Part shown: positions 37,649 through 46,922 of the stretch, piece after piece
Numbering within the stretch: the stretch's first letter is position 1
How the letters are laid out: every line of letters begins with the position of its first letter
DNA from: an uncultured Eubacteriales bacterium
GTDB taxonomy: Bacteria > Acidobacteriota > Aminicenantia > Aminicenantales > Aminicenantaceae
Length of the DNA stretch: 55,925 bases
Assembly: GCA_964557845.1 (NCBI GenBank)
Contig: CAZLBV010000033.1
Location: 1 to 55,925, forward strand
Direction: 5' to 3'
Notes under the pieces: generated by a model
Told to the model about the DNA's origin: nothing
The model's input: the letters and a program-made list of their open reading frames with translations, nothing else
Database searches by the model: none
Made by a program: the position numbers and the translations under genes

Positions 37649-38368
37649 TTATTCAAGAAGATAATTCTTGACCAGATTTCTCAAACGGGCCAGCCTGGTT
37701 TCTTCTTCAGGATTATCTATATTGATTACAAAACAATCATTTAGATCATAGCCGGCTTTCTTTAATGCGATCCATCCACATAGATCACTGAAATCTTCGT
37801 CCGTATGGATCCTATTCTTTATATGATTTGAATTTTTAAACTTATGATAGATTACATCCTGTTTATCAATATATTTTAAGAAATGTCCATTTTCATGCGC
37901 GCGGGTATAGATCATACTTGCTTCGTTTAGACTTTTGTCTACCAAAATTACATAACCATAGGCTTTTTCTTTAGAATATTCGACTTCGAACACACCGCAC
38001 CAACCATATCCTTGAACATGATCATTGTTAGGATCGGGAAATCCAAACTGATTTCTTATCTCATTGACCCTTTGATAGACATCTTCGATATCATCTTCTA
38101 ACTTATAGAATTGATTGTCGTTAAGCAGGATCTCAACATTGAGTTCTGGAATTTTTATAATGCTGGTCTTAAATCCTTTGCTTTCAAAATATGATCTGAT
38201 CACAACCTTGGCATCGACTTTTTCCTGAATAGAACTATCTGAAAAGGAGAGCTTACAGCAATTATGTATTCGCGATAATGCCCTGCCTGGAGAAAAAATA
38301 CCTAAAAGTAAAATAACTATTGTTATTCGGAAAAAATACGAATATTTAAACAATTTCCTGAAACCCAC
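37649..38368 (-). CDS. membrane-anchored/secreted hypothetical protein with HExxH motif (putative zinc metallopeptidase)
   Basis: N-terminal hydrophobic segment FFRITIVILLLGIFSPG. The only recognisable motif is TRAHENGHF (HExxH). It is the last gene of the TonB-receptor operon, with a 14-nt gap to the upstream gene. Confidence 0.5.
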   Translation of the reverse strand: MGFRKLFKYSYFFRITIVILLLGIFSPGRALSRIHNCCKLSFSDSSIQEKVDAKVVIRSYFESKGFKTSIIKIPELNVEILLNDNQFYKLEDDIEDVYQRVNEIRNQFGFPDPNNDHVQGYGWCGVFEVEYSKEKAYGYVILVDKSLNEASMIYTRAHENGHFLKYIDKQDVIYHKFKNSNHIKNRIHTDEDFSDLCGWIALKKAGYDLNDCFVINIDNPEEETRLARLRNLVKNYLLE

Positions 38369-38382
38369 GTTTATTGGACTAA

Positions 38383-39159
38383 CTAACCAGTATTTTTTTC
38401 TCTTAATAAAGCAGCTACTATTTCTCTTACAGTCTGTATGCTGAAGCGGTATCTTTTTCTCAAGAATCCTATATGTTCATTAAGGGGAGCTTCAGAAGGG
38501 ATTCCCAATGCATCTGCAATTTTTCGGGCGGGGATACCGGTCATTTTTTCTAAATCATAAAGAGTAGTCTTACCAGTGATAAGGATTCCCGAGGGAATGG
38601 ATGCCATCCGTCCTGTTGTTGATCGATGCCTGCCGGCAGAATATCGCATTTCCCTAGGCCATATGGTTTCTCTCGCTCCCAACTTTTCAGCTGTTCCAGC
38701 TTCTGATCCTTCTTTTTTTTCTTCTGGGAGAAGATCATTTTGGTCAATCAGTTTTTCCAAAACTTCTTTTAATTCCTGAAGAGTGAAAGGGTATATTCTC
38801 CTTATCAGCTCTAAAGGTAGATCGACCGGAACTTCTGGCGGAAGGCTTAACTCATCAGCGATACACCGTGCCTCAATTCCAATGATCTCTTCTACTTCCA
38901 GGAGAGTCATCTGATCGAATATAACAATCTTTTCTTTGCCTTTTTCAATCTGAATTTTTTCTGCTTGACCGGATTGGTGTTCTCTTTCTGTGATTGTGTT
39001 TGATCTATTTTCTCTGATCGAACTATAATCAAAGTGCAGTCCTAAGATCCAGGGACAAAAACTCCCCAGCAGGAAAATAAATAAGCTAAAAATAACAACC
39101 CTTGGACACGGGAGGTTCAGCCGCTTAACCGTCGAACGATAGTAGTCTTTAAGCTTCAT
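38383..39159 (-). CDS. membrane-anchored hypothetical protein with two copies of a ~58-aa repeat
   Basis: TM helix VVIFSLFIFLLGSFCPWILGL. Repeats MTLLEVEEIIGIEARCIADELSLPPEVPVDLPLELIRRIYPFTLQELKEVLEKL and TTLYDLEKMTGIPARKIADALGIPSEAPLNEHIGFLRKRYRFSIQTVREIVAALL align at about one-third identity. Confidence 0.6.
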   Translation of the reverse strand: MKLKDYYRSTVKRLNLPCPRVVIFSLFIFLLGSFCPWILGLHFDYSSIRENRSNTITEREHQSGQAEKIQIEKGKEKIVIFDQMTLLEVEEIIGIEARCIADELSLPPEVPVDLPLELIRRIYPFTLQELKEVLEKLIDQNDLLPEEKKEGSEAGTAEKLGARETIWPREMRYSAGRHRSTTGRMASIPSGILITGKTTLYDLEKMTGIPARKIADALGIPSEAPLNEHIGFLRKRYRFSIQTVREIVAALLREKNTG

Positions 39160-39186
39160 TCGGTTTCCTTCAGTAAAAATTATAGT

Positions 39187-41424
39187 TCAATATTTCACTC
39201 CAATATTAAGGGAAATATAGCGGCCGACCATAGGTGCATAGATATAGGCAGCACTCTCATCTTCAAAGGCATTGTATTTCACATTTTGAATGTAGTCAAA
39301 AATATTATCTATTCCTAAAGAGATTATTAAATGATCTTTAGCTAATCTTTTCATTATCTTTAGATCCCAGATAGTAAAAACAGGTGTTATGTCTATCCTT
39401 TTTTCAACATAATTTTCAATATGCATCCTTCCAGTCATTCTTCCTGTTAAACTAAATATAAATCCCGCTTTCAGATGGTTATATTCAAGATCTAAAAGCG
39501 CGGTTGTTTGAGGAGTGCGCATAATGTGATGGCTTTTGCCAATACCATAATCCTGTTTATCTTTATATTTAGCGTCTGTAAAAGCAAAACCGAGTTTAAT
39601 GCGAAAATTACGCACAACAGGTATATTCGCGCTCAATTCAGCACCCTGAGTGTAAGCGTCACCTCCGTTTAAATAAATAAAATCAAATCCTAAGGGAACA
39701 TCTTCTCCACTAAAATAAATCTTTTTCTGGATGATGGTACGGAAGAAATTAAAGTCAAAAAACAAATTTCGGGAATAAAATTCTCCACTGATACTGTAAC
39801 TTAGGGACTTTTCCGGCTTAAGGGTGCCGGGGTTATAAATAAGTGGAGCGGCTGAACAAAGATGCAGGTCCTCGACAAAAAGATAGGGCACTCTAAATCC
39901 GCTCCCGACACTTGCCCGCAAACTGAACTCAGGGGTGATTTCCCACTTTGCTCCCAACCTTGGGCTTAAAGAAGAAGCTTCTATAAAGGTGCTGTTGGTG
40001 TAATCATACCTTAAGCCGAGCACCAGATCTAACTTATCAAATGCACTTATTTCATCTTGGACATAAACTCCGGTTGTTTCAGCTCCTTTTTCTGGAGCCG
40101 GATCATTATTAATGACCTCATCGATTTTTTCGTTTTTATAGGTGAATCCAGTTGTAACTATTTGTCTGCCATTAAAAAGTTGATGGGAGTATTGGGTGTC
40201 TAATATGTAGAGCTGTTCATCAGAATCAAAAGGCCGGGCAGAGTTTGTGGCCCGGCGTTCATGGCTGGTCCCCACAAGGCTTAATTTTAAGATATTCGAT
40301 TTTTGAAAAATCCCTTGGTAGCTCAGGCCGTATTCATAACGATCGGTCCATATGTGCTCTCCATTCTCATCCAAGGGATCATCAATATTGGGAATGTAGC
40401 CGCCGCGCCGGAATTCATCAATATACCGGCCAAACAGAGTCACCCGATGGGTATCTGCCCTAAGATAAAAATTGGTTTTGATGGAAAGGTTAAGATTATC
40501 CGTTTCAACGTTATCGGTGAATTTGTCGTTGTCCTCATCGGTATAATCATTTTTCCCCTTTTCCGCGGTGGCTACAAAACCAAATATACCCTTACGATAA
40601 GATCCCCTGGCAGCCAGATCATAGGTATTGTAATTCCCATAAGTTCCATCCAGACTAAATTCAGGTTCTAATGAAGGTTCTCTGGTTATAATATTCACCA
40701 CCCCGCCGATAGCTTGGGCTCCGTAGAGAGAAGAACTGGCCCCCTTAAGTATCTCAACCCTTTCTATATTCTCACTATGGATCTGCTGAAGCCCATAAAC
40801 ACTGGCTAATCCGCTGAAGATGGGAAGCCCGTCGATGAGAACCTGAGAATAGCCTCCCTCAAGACCCTGCATTCTTAATTCTGAAAAATTGCAGTTTGTG
40901 CAGGAAATATTGACCCAGCAGCCTAATAATTCTTTGTTTAAAACCTCAGAAACAGTTTTGGCTCCGCTCATCTCTATTTCTCTGGCGGTTATTACTTCGG
41001 TTCTAATGGGAATTTCTTTGATAGATGCTTCTCTCCTGGTAGCTGTGACAACCATCTCTTCTCTTATTTCCTTAATTAAAATCACTTCAAAAGATTGGTT
41101 TTTATCGGTTATTTCAAAAAAATCTGAGATATGGGGCATATATCCATTTTTAATAACTTCCAGATGGTACTTTCCCGGTGGGATCTGTGAAAACTCAAAA
41201 AATCCGGAGTCATCTGTTTCAGAGGATAATCCTATTTCAGCAACCAATACGATCGCTTGGGCTAGGGGTTTTTTATCGATATCGACAACTTTTCCTTTGA
41301 TACTGAAGTTAGCATCAGTTTGTTTATTTATGGCAGGTTGTCTGTTATTTTGGGCTAAGAGGACAGAATTCAGGCTGATTAGAAGAACGTATATAATCGG
41401 TAGAAACAGAACTTTTTTCTTCAT
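39187..41424 (-). CDS. TonB-dependent outer-membrane receptor with N-terminal carboxypeptidase-regulatory-like domain
   Basis: Signal peptide, CarboxypepD_reg-like IKGKVVD...PGKYHLEV, TonB-box/plug region EEMVVTATRRE...RVEILKGASSSLYGAQAIGGVVNIITR, and a 22-strand-type C-terminus ending in an aromatic residue (GVKY). Confidence 0.9.
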   Translation of the reverse strand: MKKKVLFLPIIYVLLISLNSVLLAQNNRQPAINKQTDANFSIKGKVVDIDKKPLAQAIVLVAEIGLSSETDDSGFFEFSQIPPGKYHLEVIKNGYMPHISDFFEITDKNQSFEVILIKEIREEMVVTATRREASIKEIPIRTEVITAREIEMSGAKTVSEVLNKELLGCWVNISCTNCNFSELRMQGLEGGYSQVLIDGLPIFSGLASVYGLQQIHSENIERVEILKGASSSLYGAQAIGGVVNIITREPSLEPEFSLDGTYGNYNTYDLAARGSYRKGIFGFVATAEKGKNDYTDEDNDKFTDNVETDNLNLSIKTNFYLRADTHRVTLFGRYIDEFRRGGYIPNIDDPLDENGEHIWTDRYEYGLSYQGIFQKSNILKLSLVGTSHERRATNSARPFDSDEQLYILDTQYSHQLFNGRQIVTTGFTYKNEKIDEVINNDPAPEKGAETTGVYVQDEISAFDKLDLVLGLRYDYTNSTFIEASSLSPRLGAKWEITPEFSLRASVGSGFRVPYLFVEDLHLCSAAPLIYNPGTLKPEKSLSYSISGEFYSRNLFFDFNFFRTIIQKKIYFSGEDVPLGFDFIYLNGGDAYTQGAELSANIPVVRNFRIKLGFAFTDAKYKDKQDYGIGKSHHIMRTPQTTALLDLEYNHLKAGFIFSLTGRMTGRMHIENYVEKRIDITPVFTIWDLKIMKRLAKDHLIISLGIDNIFDYIQNVKYNAFEDESAAYIYAPMVGRYISLNIGVKY

Positions 41425-41497
41425 GTATTTTTCTCCTCAATTTAACTTCTTTACACGTGTAGAATAGAAAGAGGTAAAAACCTAAATAACGAAGGAG

Positions 41498-41785
41498 TTA
41501 AATCTGAGGGGGAGACCGGGCAAGAGAATCGATCGAAAAAATATATGTATAATTAAAGGATTCAAATATTTCTAAGAGTGAAAGCAAGGAAAGTGTGGGG
41601 ACATCAAAAAAATTTATTTTACTGGTCGCAAAAGATGAGTTCAAGAAATTGCAGGCAGGACAATTATCGTTTTCCAAAAGATTAGTTTCAGTATGAAAAA
41701 AGTTTATGAATAGAGTCGTCGTTAAAAAGAGGATGAGGAATAGCAGGTTGTACTCATTCCCGTGTCTTATATGCATAAGTTTCAT
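41498..41785 (-). CDS. small membrane protein with His-rich N-terminus and CPAC motif (hypothetical)
   Basis: 95 aa, one TM helix (LLFLILFLTTTLFINFF), then HTE...NDNCPACNF. It is the first gene downstream of a near-consensus promoter. Coding status rests on position and ORF length only. Confidence 0.45.
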   Translation of the reverse strand: MKLMHIRHGNEYNLLFLILFLTTTLFINFFHTETNLLENDNCPACNFLNSSFATSKINFFDVPTLSLLSLLEIFESFNYTYIFSIDSLARSPPQI

Positions 41786-41794
41786 CTCACTTCA

Positions 41795-41822
41795 ATTATA
41801 AAGATTTGAGATATAATGTCAA
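41795..41822 (-). promoter_or_regulatory. near-consensus sigma70 promoter of the TonB-receptor operon
   Basis: On the minus strand: TTGACA (41822-41817), 16-nt spacer, TATAAT (41800-41795). Only 9 nt separate the -10 element from the ATG at 41785. Confidence 0.6.
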
Positions 41823-41885
41823 TTCATCGGCATATTTCCCCGGAACTTTTTCTCGGCTGATTTTTTGCTGATCCACCAGTGAATG

Positions 41886-44321
41886 TTAAGTTTTAGTCTT
41901 ATGGCTTTTTTCGGAAGCGGTGAAGGTTTTCCAGCTTTTTGCCAGCCTTTCCAGCTCATTGTCTACCAGATAGTTGACCGTTCCTTCTTCAAACGTTCCA
42001 TCGCTATTTCTAATACCGGCCTCTACCCCGGTGAGGATTTCTATCCCCTCATCAATGGTTTTAACTGGGTAAATATGAAATTTCCCTGCTTTTACTGCCT
42101 CTATTACCTCTTTTTTGAGCATGAGATTCTTGATGTTAAGCTGAGGAATGACAACTCCTTGTTTTCCGTTCAAACCTTTAGCTTTGCAGACCTGGAAGAA
42201 GCCCTCGATCTTTTCATTGACTCCTCCGATCGGCTGAATCTCTCCCAACTGATTGAGTGAGCCTGTAACCGCTATATCCTGCCGTAGGGGAAGTTTGGAC
42301 AGACTGGATAATATGGAATAGACTTCGGTAGAAGATGCACTGTCTCCGTCAATACCGGAATAGGATTGTTCAAAAGCGATACTGGCAGACAGGGAAAAGG
42401 GTTTATTCTGGGCATATTTCCCTCTCAGATAACCGCCTAAAATAAGAACTCCTTTATTATGAGAATTACCGCTTAGGTCAGCTTCACGTTCGATATTGAT
42501 GACTCCGGCTCTTCCCACAGAGGTAGTTGCCGTAATTCTGGTTGGTTTTCCGAAGGCAAAACCATTGAGCATATACACGGAGAGACCGTTGACCTGACCG
42601 ACAACGCTTTTTTCAGTGTCGATCATAATGGTGCCTTCTTCGATCATTTCCTGGATCTTCCGTTCGATCAGTCCGACCCGCTCGAAGCGTTCCTCTATGG
42701 CCTTTTCTACATGGGAGCGGCCCACCTCGTCTTTTTTTTCTTTTTTAGCCCAATAATCGGCTTCGCGGACAATATCGGCAATATTATGAAACCGGGTGCT
42801 GATTTTTTTCTGTTTGCCCGATAAGCGGGTTCCATATTCTAAGATAGCAGCCATGGCTTCTTTATCAAAAGTTTTAAGTTTATCATCTTCAATGATCTTT
42901 TTGATAAAATATACATAATCGAGGAGAATTTTATCGGTTTTTTCGGTTTCTGAATCAAATTCAGCCTTGATCTTGAAGATCTTTTTAAATCCTTCATCCA
43001 AGTAATACAACAGGTTGTAAATATAGCTGTCCCCGATCATAGCGACCTTTAAATCAATTTCTATGGGTTCCGGTTTTAACCGGCTGGTGGATATAAGATA
43101 CAATGACATATAATTTTGAATCTCCAGTGTCCGGTGTTTTAATGTGCGTTTAAGGGTGGTCCAAACACCTGGCTCGATCAAAACCTCCAGCGCATTCAAA
43201 ACCAGGTATCCTCCATTAGCCTTAAGGAGTGATCCTGCTTTTATTTTAGTAAAATCAGTCTGGTAAAGACCCAGCCGGTTAACTGTAGTCTCGATGGAGC
43301 CAAAAAGATTCATGTAGTTTGGATTTGTTTCCAAAATCACCGGGGCTGTCTTCACTTCCGAGTTGTCGATCAGAAGATTCACCCGGTATTCTAGAAAAGG
43401 ATCGTTGATATCCTCTTCCTTGGGGTCCTTTTTTTGTGATTTAAAAAGATTAATGTTTTGAATCAGGTTATGTTCTACAAAATCAAGGTATTCATTGACT
43501 TTATCGTAAGTGAATTTCTCTCTGATTTTGGAAATGGCGCCCTTAATGATAGGAGTGATAGATTCTTCATCCCATTGTTTCAACATCTCCCTGATCTTTT
43601 CATCTGTTTCCCGCATTTGTTTGAACACAACTTCGAGTTTATCGGTCAAATCTTCATAATTTTTTCTCAGTTCCTCCAGTTTTTCCTCAGAGAATTTATT
43701 CTCCCGCACCATCGCTTCCAACTTGCTGAAGGGAGTCGGCTCCCCTTCGATGACAGGGATGAGATCAGGTTTGACCAAGGGGCCCATCTGGACCTGGATT
43801 ACGGAGAATCCCAGATCTGCCACTTCTTTTTCAAAATTTTTCAATATTTCTTTCTGTTTTTTCTGCAGGCTTTCTATGATTTGGTCTCTCTTTTCTGTGT
43901 AATATTCGCTCTTAAGCAGATCCGGTATGCTGGCCTGAAGCATCTCAATCAAGTTGGCCATGGCATCTCTGAATTTTTTGCCTTCTCCTGCCGGCAGTTT
44001 TATTAGAGAGGGTTCGTCAGGGTTCTTGAAATTATTGACATAGAGTATATCATCCGGGGCAGTCTCTTGTTTTTCTAGTTTTTCCAGGAGCCTTTTTATG
44101 GAAGTGGTTCTCCCGGTCCCTACCAGTCCGGTTATGAATATATTGAATCCATGGCTGCGGATCTCTAATCCGGTTTGGATAGCCTTCAAAGCTCTTTCTT
44201 GTCCAATGATGTCCTCACAAAGCTTGCACTGATCACTGTTCTCAAAAGGGATGATATTAAGATCAAGTTTCCAGGACAGTTCTTGTGGTGATAATTCTGA
44301 AAAATCCGAAACCGTTTTCAT
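41886..44321 (-). CDS. Lon-like protease (LonC/COG1067-type: AAA-like domain with long helical insertion plus S16 Ser-Lys peptidase domain)
   Basis: IIGQERALKAIQTGL...FITGLVGTGRTTS (P-loop-like), a coiled-coil-rich insertion of about 300 aa, then the S16 motifs GIDGDSASS and VTGSLNQLGEIQPIGGVNEKIEGF. I chose the start at Met18 of the ORF (MKTVSDF) because SD ggagga lies 4 nt upstream. Confidence 0.85.
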   Translation of the reverse strand: MKTVSDFSELSPQELSWKLDLNIIPFENSDQCKLCEDIIGQERALKAIQTGLEIRSHGFNIFITGLVGTGRTTSIKRLLEKLEKQETAPDDILYVNNFKNPDEPSLIKLPAGEGKKFRDAMANLIEMLQASIPDLLKSEYYTEKRDQIIESLQKKQKEILKNFEKEVADLGFSVIQVQMGPLVKPDLIPVIEGEPTPFSKLEAMVRENKFSEEKLEELRKNYEDLTDKLEVVFKQMRETDEKIREMLKQWDEESITPIIKGAISKIREKFTYDKVNEYLDFVEHNLIQNINLFKSQKKDPKEEDINDPFLEYRVNLLIDNSEVKTAPVILETNPNYMNLFGSIETTVNRLGLYQTDFTKIKAGSLLKANGGYLVLNALEVLIEPGVWTTLKRTLKHRTLEIQNYMSLYLISTSRLKPEPIEIDLKVAMIGDSYIYNLLYYLDEGFKKIFKIKAEFDSETEKTDKILLDYVYFIKKIIEDDKLKTFDKEAMAAILEYGTRLSGKQKKISTRFHNIADIVREADYWAKKEKKDEVGRSHVEKAIEERFERVGLIERKIQEMIEEGTIMIDTEKSVVGQVNGLSVYMLNGFAFGKPTRITATTSVGRAGVINIEREADLSGNSHNKGVLILGGYLRGKYAQNKPFSLSASIAFEQSYSGIDGDSASSTEVYSILSSLSKLPLRQDIAVTGSLNQLGEIQPIGGVNEKIEGFFQVCKAKGLNGKQGVVIPQLNIKNLMLKKEVIEAVKAGKFHIYPVKTIDEGIEILTGVEAGIRNSDGTFEEGTVNYLVDNELERLAKSWKTFTASEKSHKTKT

Positions 44322-44478
44322 TGCTCCTCCAAGAATGGTCAATTCATGTGATAAAGGAATTTTATTTATCATAATTCAGGAAGATAGACAAGCACACCTA
44401 TATAAATCGGTGTAAATAATAATTATGTGCAAAAGACAATAGATTTTGTTAAAATGTTCCGCGAGGAGGATAGCGCGA

Positions 44479-45600
44479 GTGAAAGATATCAGAATTGAAA
44501 AAGTCCTTTCCAAAAAAGACCTGAAAAAATTCATACAGTTTCCCTGGAAAATATATAAAGATGACCCTAACTGGGTACCTCCTCTCATTATGGACATGAA
44601 AGAGAAGTTAAACCGGAAAAAGAATCCCTTTTTTGAGCATGCCAAAATGGATCTTTTTCTGGCCTACAGGGAAAATGAGATCGTGGGAAGGATAGCTGCG
44701 ATCATTGATTTCAAACACAATGATTTTCATTCTGAAAAAATTGTTTTTTTCGGGCTTTATGAAAGCATAGATGACAGCGATGTGGCTGAGAAACTGCTGC
44801 ATGCTGCGGTGGCATGGGGCAAGGATCAAGGCATGGAGATCCTAAGAGGCCCTGTGAATCTTTCTTTGAATGATGAATGTGCCTTTCTGCTGGAAGGCTT
44901 TGACTCTCCTCCAGTGGTAATGATGCCCTATAATCCTCCCTATTATCTAGAGCTTATGGAAAAGTGCGGAATGGTGAAAGCAAAAGATCTTTATGCTTTT
45001 TATATGAGGACCGACCAAGAAGTACCGGAGAATATTAAAGAGATCTTAGATACTGCCAGAAAAAAGTCAACGGTGACATTGCGAACCGCAGATATGAAAC
45101 ACTTGGATGAAGAGGCCGATAAGATAAAATATGTCTACAATCATGGGTGGGAACGGAACTGGGGCTTTGTTCCTTGGACGGAAAAAGAAATGGATCACAT
45201 GGTCAATAAGCTGAAATTAATGGCTGATCCTGATATTGTTATCCTTGCCGAGGATAAGGACAAGCCCGTAGGATTTGCCTTTGCCCTGCCTAATTACAAT
45301 GAAGTCCTCAAAAAGATGAATGGTAGACTTTTTCCCTTTGGATTTATTACTTTTTTGAAGGGAAAAAAGAAAATAAAAGGAGTCAGGACTCCTGTTTTTG
45401 GGATCTTAAAAGAATATCGACTCACGGGATTAAGTTATCTTCTTTGTGATGAATTAACCAGAAGTGCTTTCAATAAAGGTTATGAATGGGGTGAAACTTC
45501 CTGGCAGCTGGAAGACAATGATGCTGTCAACCGCCTGGTGATGTCCTTAGGTGCAAAGTTATATAAAAAATACAGGATTTTTGAAAAAAGGAATATATAA
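44479..45600 (+). CDS. GNAT-like acyltransferase-fold protein (uncharacterised ~370-aa family)
   Basis: GTG start 8 nt after SD gaggagga. The N-terminal pattern IRIEKV.SKKDLKKFIQFPWKIYKDDPNWVPPL and the later LRGPVNLSLNDE resemble a widespread family annotated as N-acetyltransferase. Assignment is from memory. Confidence 0.55.
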   Translation: MKDIRIEKVLSKKDLKKFIQFPWKIYKDDPNWVPPLIMDMKEKLNRKKNPFFEHAKMDLFLAYRENEIVGRIAAIIDFKHNDFHSEKIVFFGLYESIDDSDVAEKLLHAAVAWGKDQGMEILRGPVNLSLNDECAFLLEGFDSPPVVMMPYNPPYYLELMEKCGMVKAKDLYAFYMRTDQEVPENIKEILDTARKKSTVTLRTADMKHLDEEADKIKYVYNHGWERNWGFVPWTEKEMDHMVNKLKLMADPDIVILAEDKDKPVGFAFALPNYNEVLKKMNGRLFPFGFITFLKGKKKIKGVRTPVFGILKEYRLTGLSYLLCDELTRSAFNKGYEWGETSWQLEDNDAVNRLVMSLGAKLYKKYRIFEKRNI

Positions 45601-45643
45601 TTCAGAATGATCAACCTGGATTATTCATAAAAAAGGAGGGCTC

Positions 45644-46426
45644 ATGAGCTATACAAACTTAACCATAACGGTCGAAAAAGGGATCGGCTGGATTGAGATC
45701 AACCGGCCGGATAAATTGAATGCATTGAACTCACAGACCATAGAGGAAATGAGAGATGCATTTTTTGAATTTCAAAATAATGATGAGGTCAAGGTGGTTA
45801 TCCTTACCGGCACAGGTGAGAAAGCATTTATTGCCGGTGCGGATATAAGTGAATTGGCAGGTTTTGATTATTTTACCGGAAAGGATTATGTGGATAAAGG
45901 ACAATCATTGACCAAATTGATGGAAAATTACCCAAAACCGGTTATCGCAGCTATAAACGGATTCGCCTTAGGTGGAGGTACCGAAATGGCCTTAGCCTGT
46001 CATTTCCGGATCGCTTCAGAAAATACAAAAATGGGGCAGCCGGAAGTAAAATTAGGACTCATCCCCGGATTTGGCGGGACACAGCGCCTTTCCAGGCTGG
46101 TAGGAAAAGGAATGGCCCTGGAAATGATCCTCAGTGGACGAGTGGTTGATGCCCAGGAAGCATTTCGTATTGGTTTGGTCAACCGGGTTGTTCCCTTGGC
46201 TGAGCTCCGTTCCACAGTAGAAGCATTAGCCCAGGAAATTATAGGGAATGGGCCTTTTGCTGTAGAAACAGCCATCTCAGCTGTAAACGAGGGGCTGGAC
46301 ATGACACTTGATGAAGGCTTAGAGTTAGAAGCTGAATTGTTTGGAAGGGTTTGTTCTACTGAAGACAGCAAAGAGGGGACAAAGGCATTCTTAGAAAAAA
46401 GAAAAGCAGATTTTATAGGCAAATAA
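45644..46426 (+). CDS. enoyl-CoA hydratase (crotonase family)
   Basis: [41 protein letters not shown] and [11 protein letters not shown] are canonical crotonase motifs. Confidence 0.9.
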   Translation: MSYTNLTITVEKGIGWIEINRPDKLNALNSQTIEEMRDAFFEFQNNDEVKVVILTGTGEKAFIAGADISELAGFDYFTGKDYVDKGQSLTKLMENYPKPVIAAINGFALGGGTEMALACHFRIASENTKMGQPEVKLGLIPGFGGTQRLSRLVGKGMALEMILSGRVVDAQEAFRIGLVNRVVPLAELRSTVEALAQEIIGNGPFAVETAISAVNEGLDMTLDEGLELEAELFGRVCSTEDSKEGTKAFLEKRKADFIGK

Positions 46427-46437
46427 AGGAGTCAACC

Positions 46438-46908
46438 ATGAAAACGTATCAGGGTAAACTGCTGGCCAAGGGATTAAAGATAGCGATTGTACTCAGCCGT
46501 TTTAATCAATTCATTTCGGAAAGACTGTTGGAAGGAGCTTTGGATGCCCTGAATAAACTCGGAGCCGAAGAAAAGGATATTTCCATCTATAAGGTTCCTG
46601 GTTCATTTGAGGTTCCTGTGATCACCAAAAAAATCGCGAAGGCCAAAGAGGTCGACGGGATAATTTGTCTGGGAGCTTTGATTCGGGGCGATACTCCTCA
46701 TTTTGAGTATCTCAGTGCAGAAGTGGCCAAGGGCTTGGCTCAGATTTCAATGGAAGACGGGCTTCCTGTTTCTTTCGGGATCTTAACCGTTGATACCATC
46801 GAGCAGGGAATAGAAAGAGCGGGCACCAAAGCAGGAAATAAGGGATATGATGCAGCCTTCTCATTGGTTGAGACGGTTAACTTGATCAAAGAGGCTGGAA
46901 TGGTTTAA
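46438..46908 (+). CDS. ribH: 6,7-dimethyl-8-ribityllumazine synthase
   Basis: [29 protein letters not shown] and GDTPHFEY...GILT are RibH hallmarks. 156 aa. Confidence 0.95.
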   Translation: MKTYQGKLLAKGLKIAIVLSRFNQFISERLLEGALDALNKLGAEEKDISIYKVPGSFEVPVITKKIAKAKEVDGIICLGALIRGDTPHFEYLSAEVAKGLAQISMEDGLPVSFGILTVDTIEQGIERAGTKAGNKGYDAAFSLVETVNLIKEAGMV

Positions 46909-46922
46909 ATGTAAGTATATCC

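Noticed and set aside
41786-41830. Possible Fur box overlapping the TonB-receptor promoter (gatgaattgacattatatc on the minus strand).
   Set aside because: It matches only about 9 of 19 positions of the GATAATGATAATCATTATC consensus by hand comparison, which is not better than expected in A+T-rich DNA.
41886-44321. Lon-like protease as BrxL or part of a BREX or other phage-defence system.
   Set aside because: There are no PglX/PglZ/BrxA-C-like genes, methyltransferases, nucleases or other defence genes within the flanks. Its neighbours are a TonB-receptor operon and metabolic genes.
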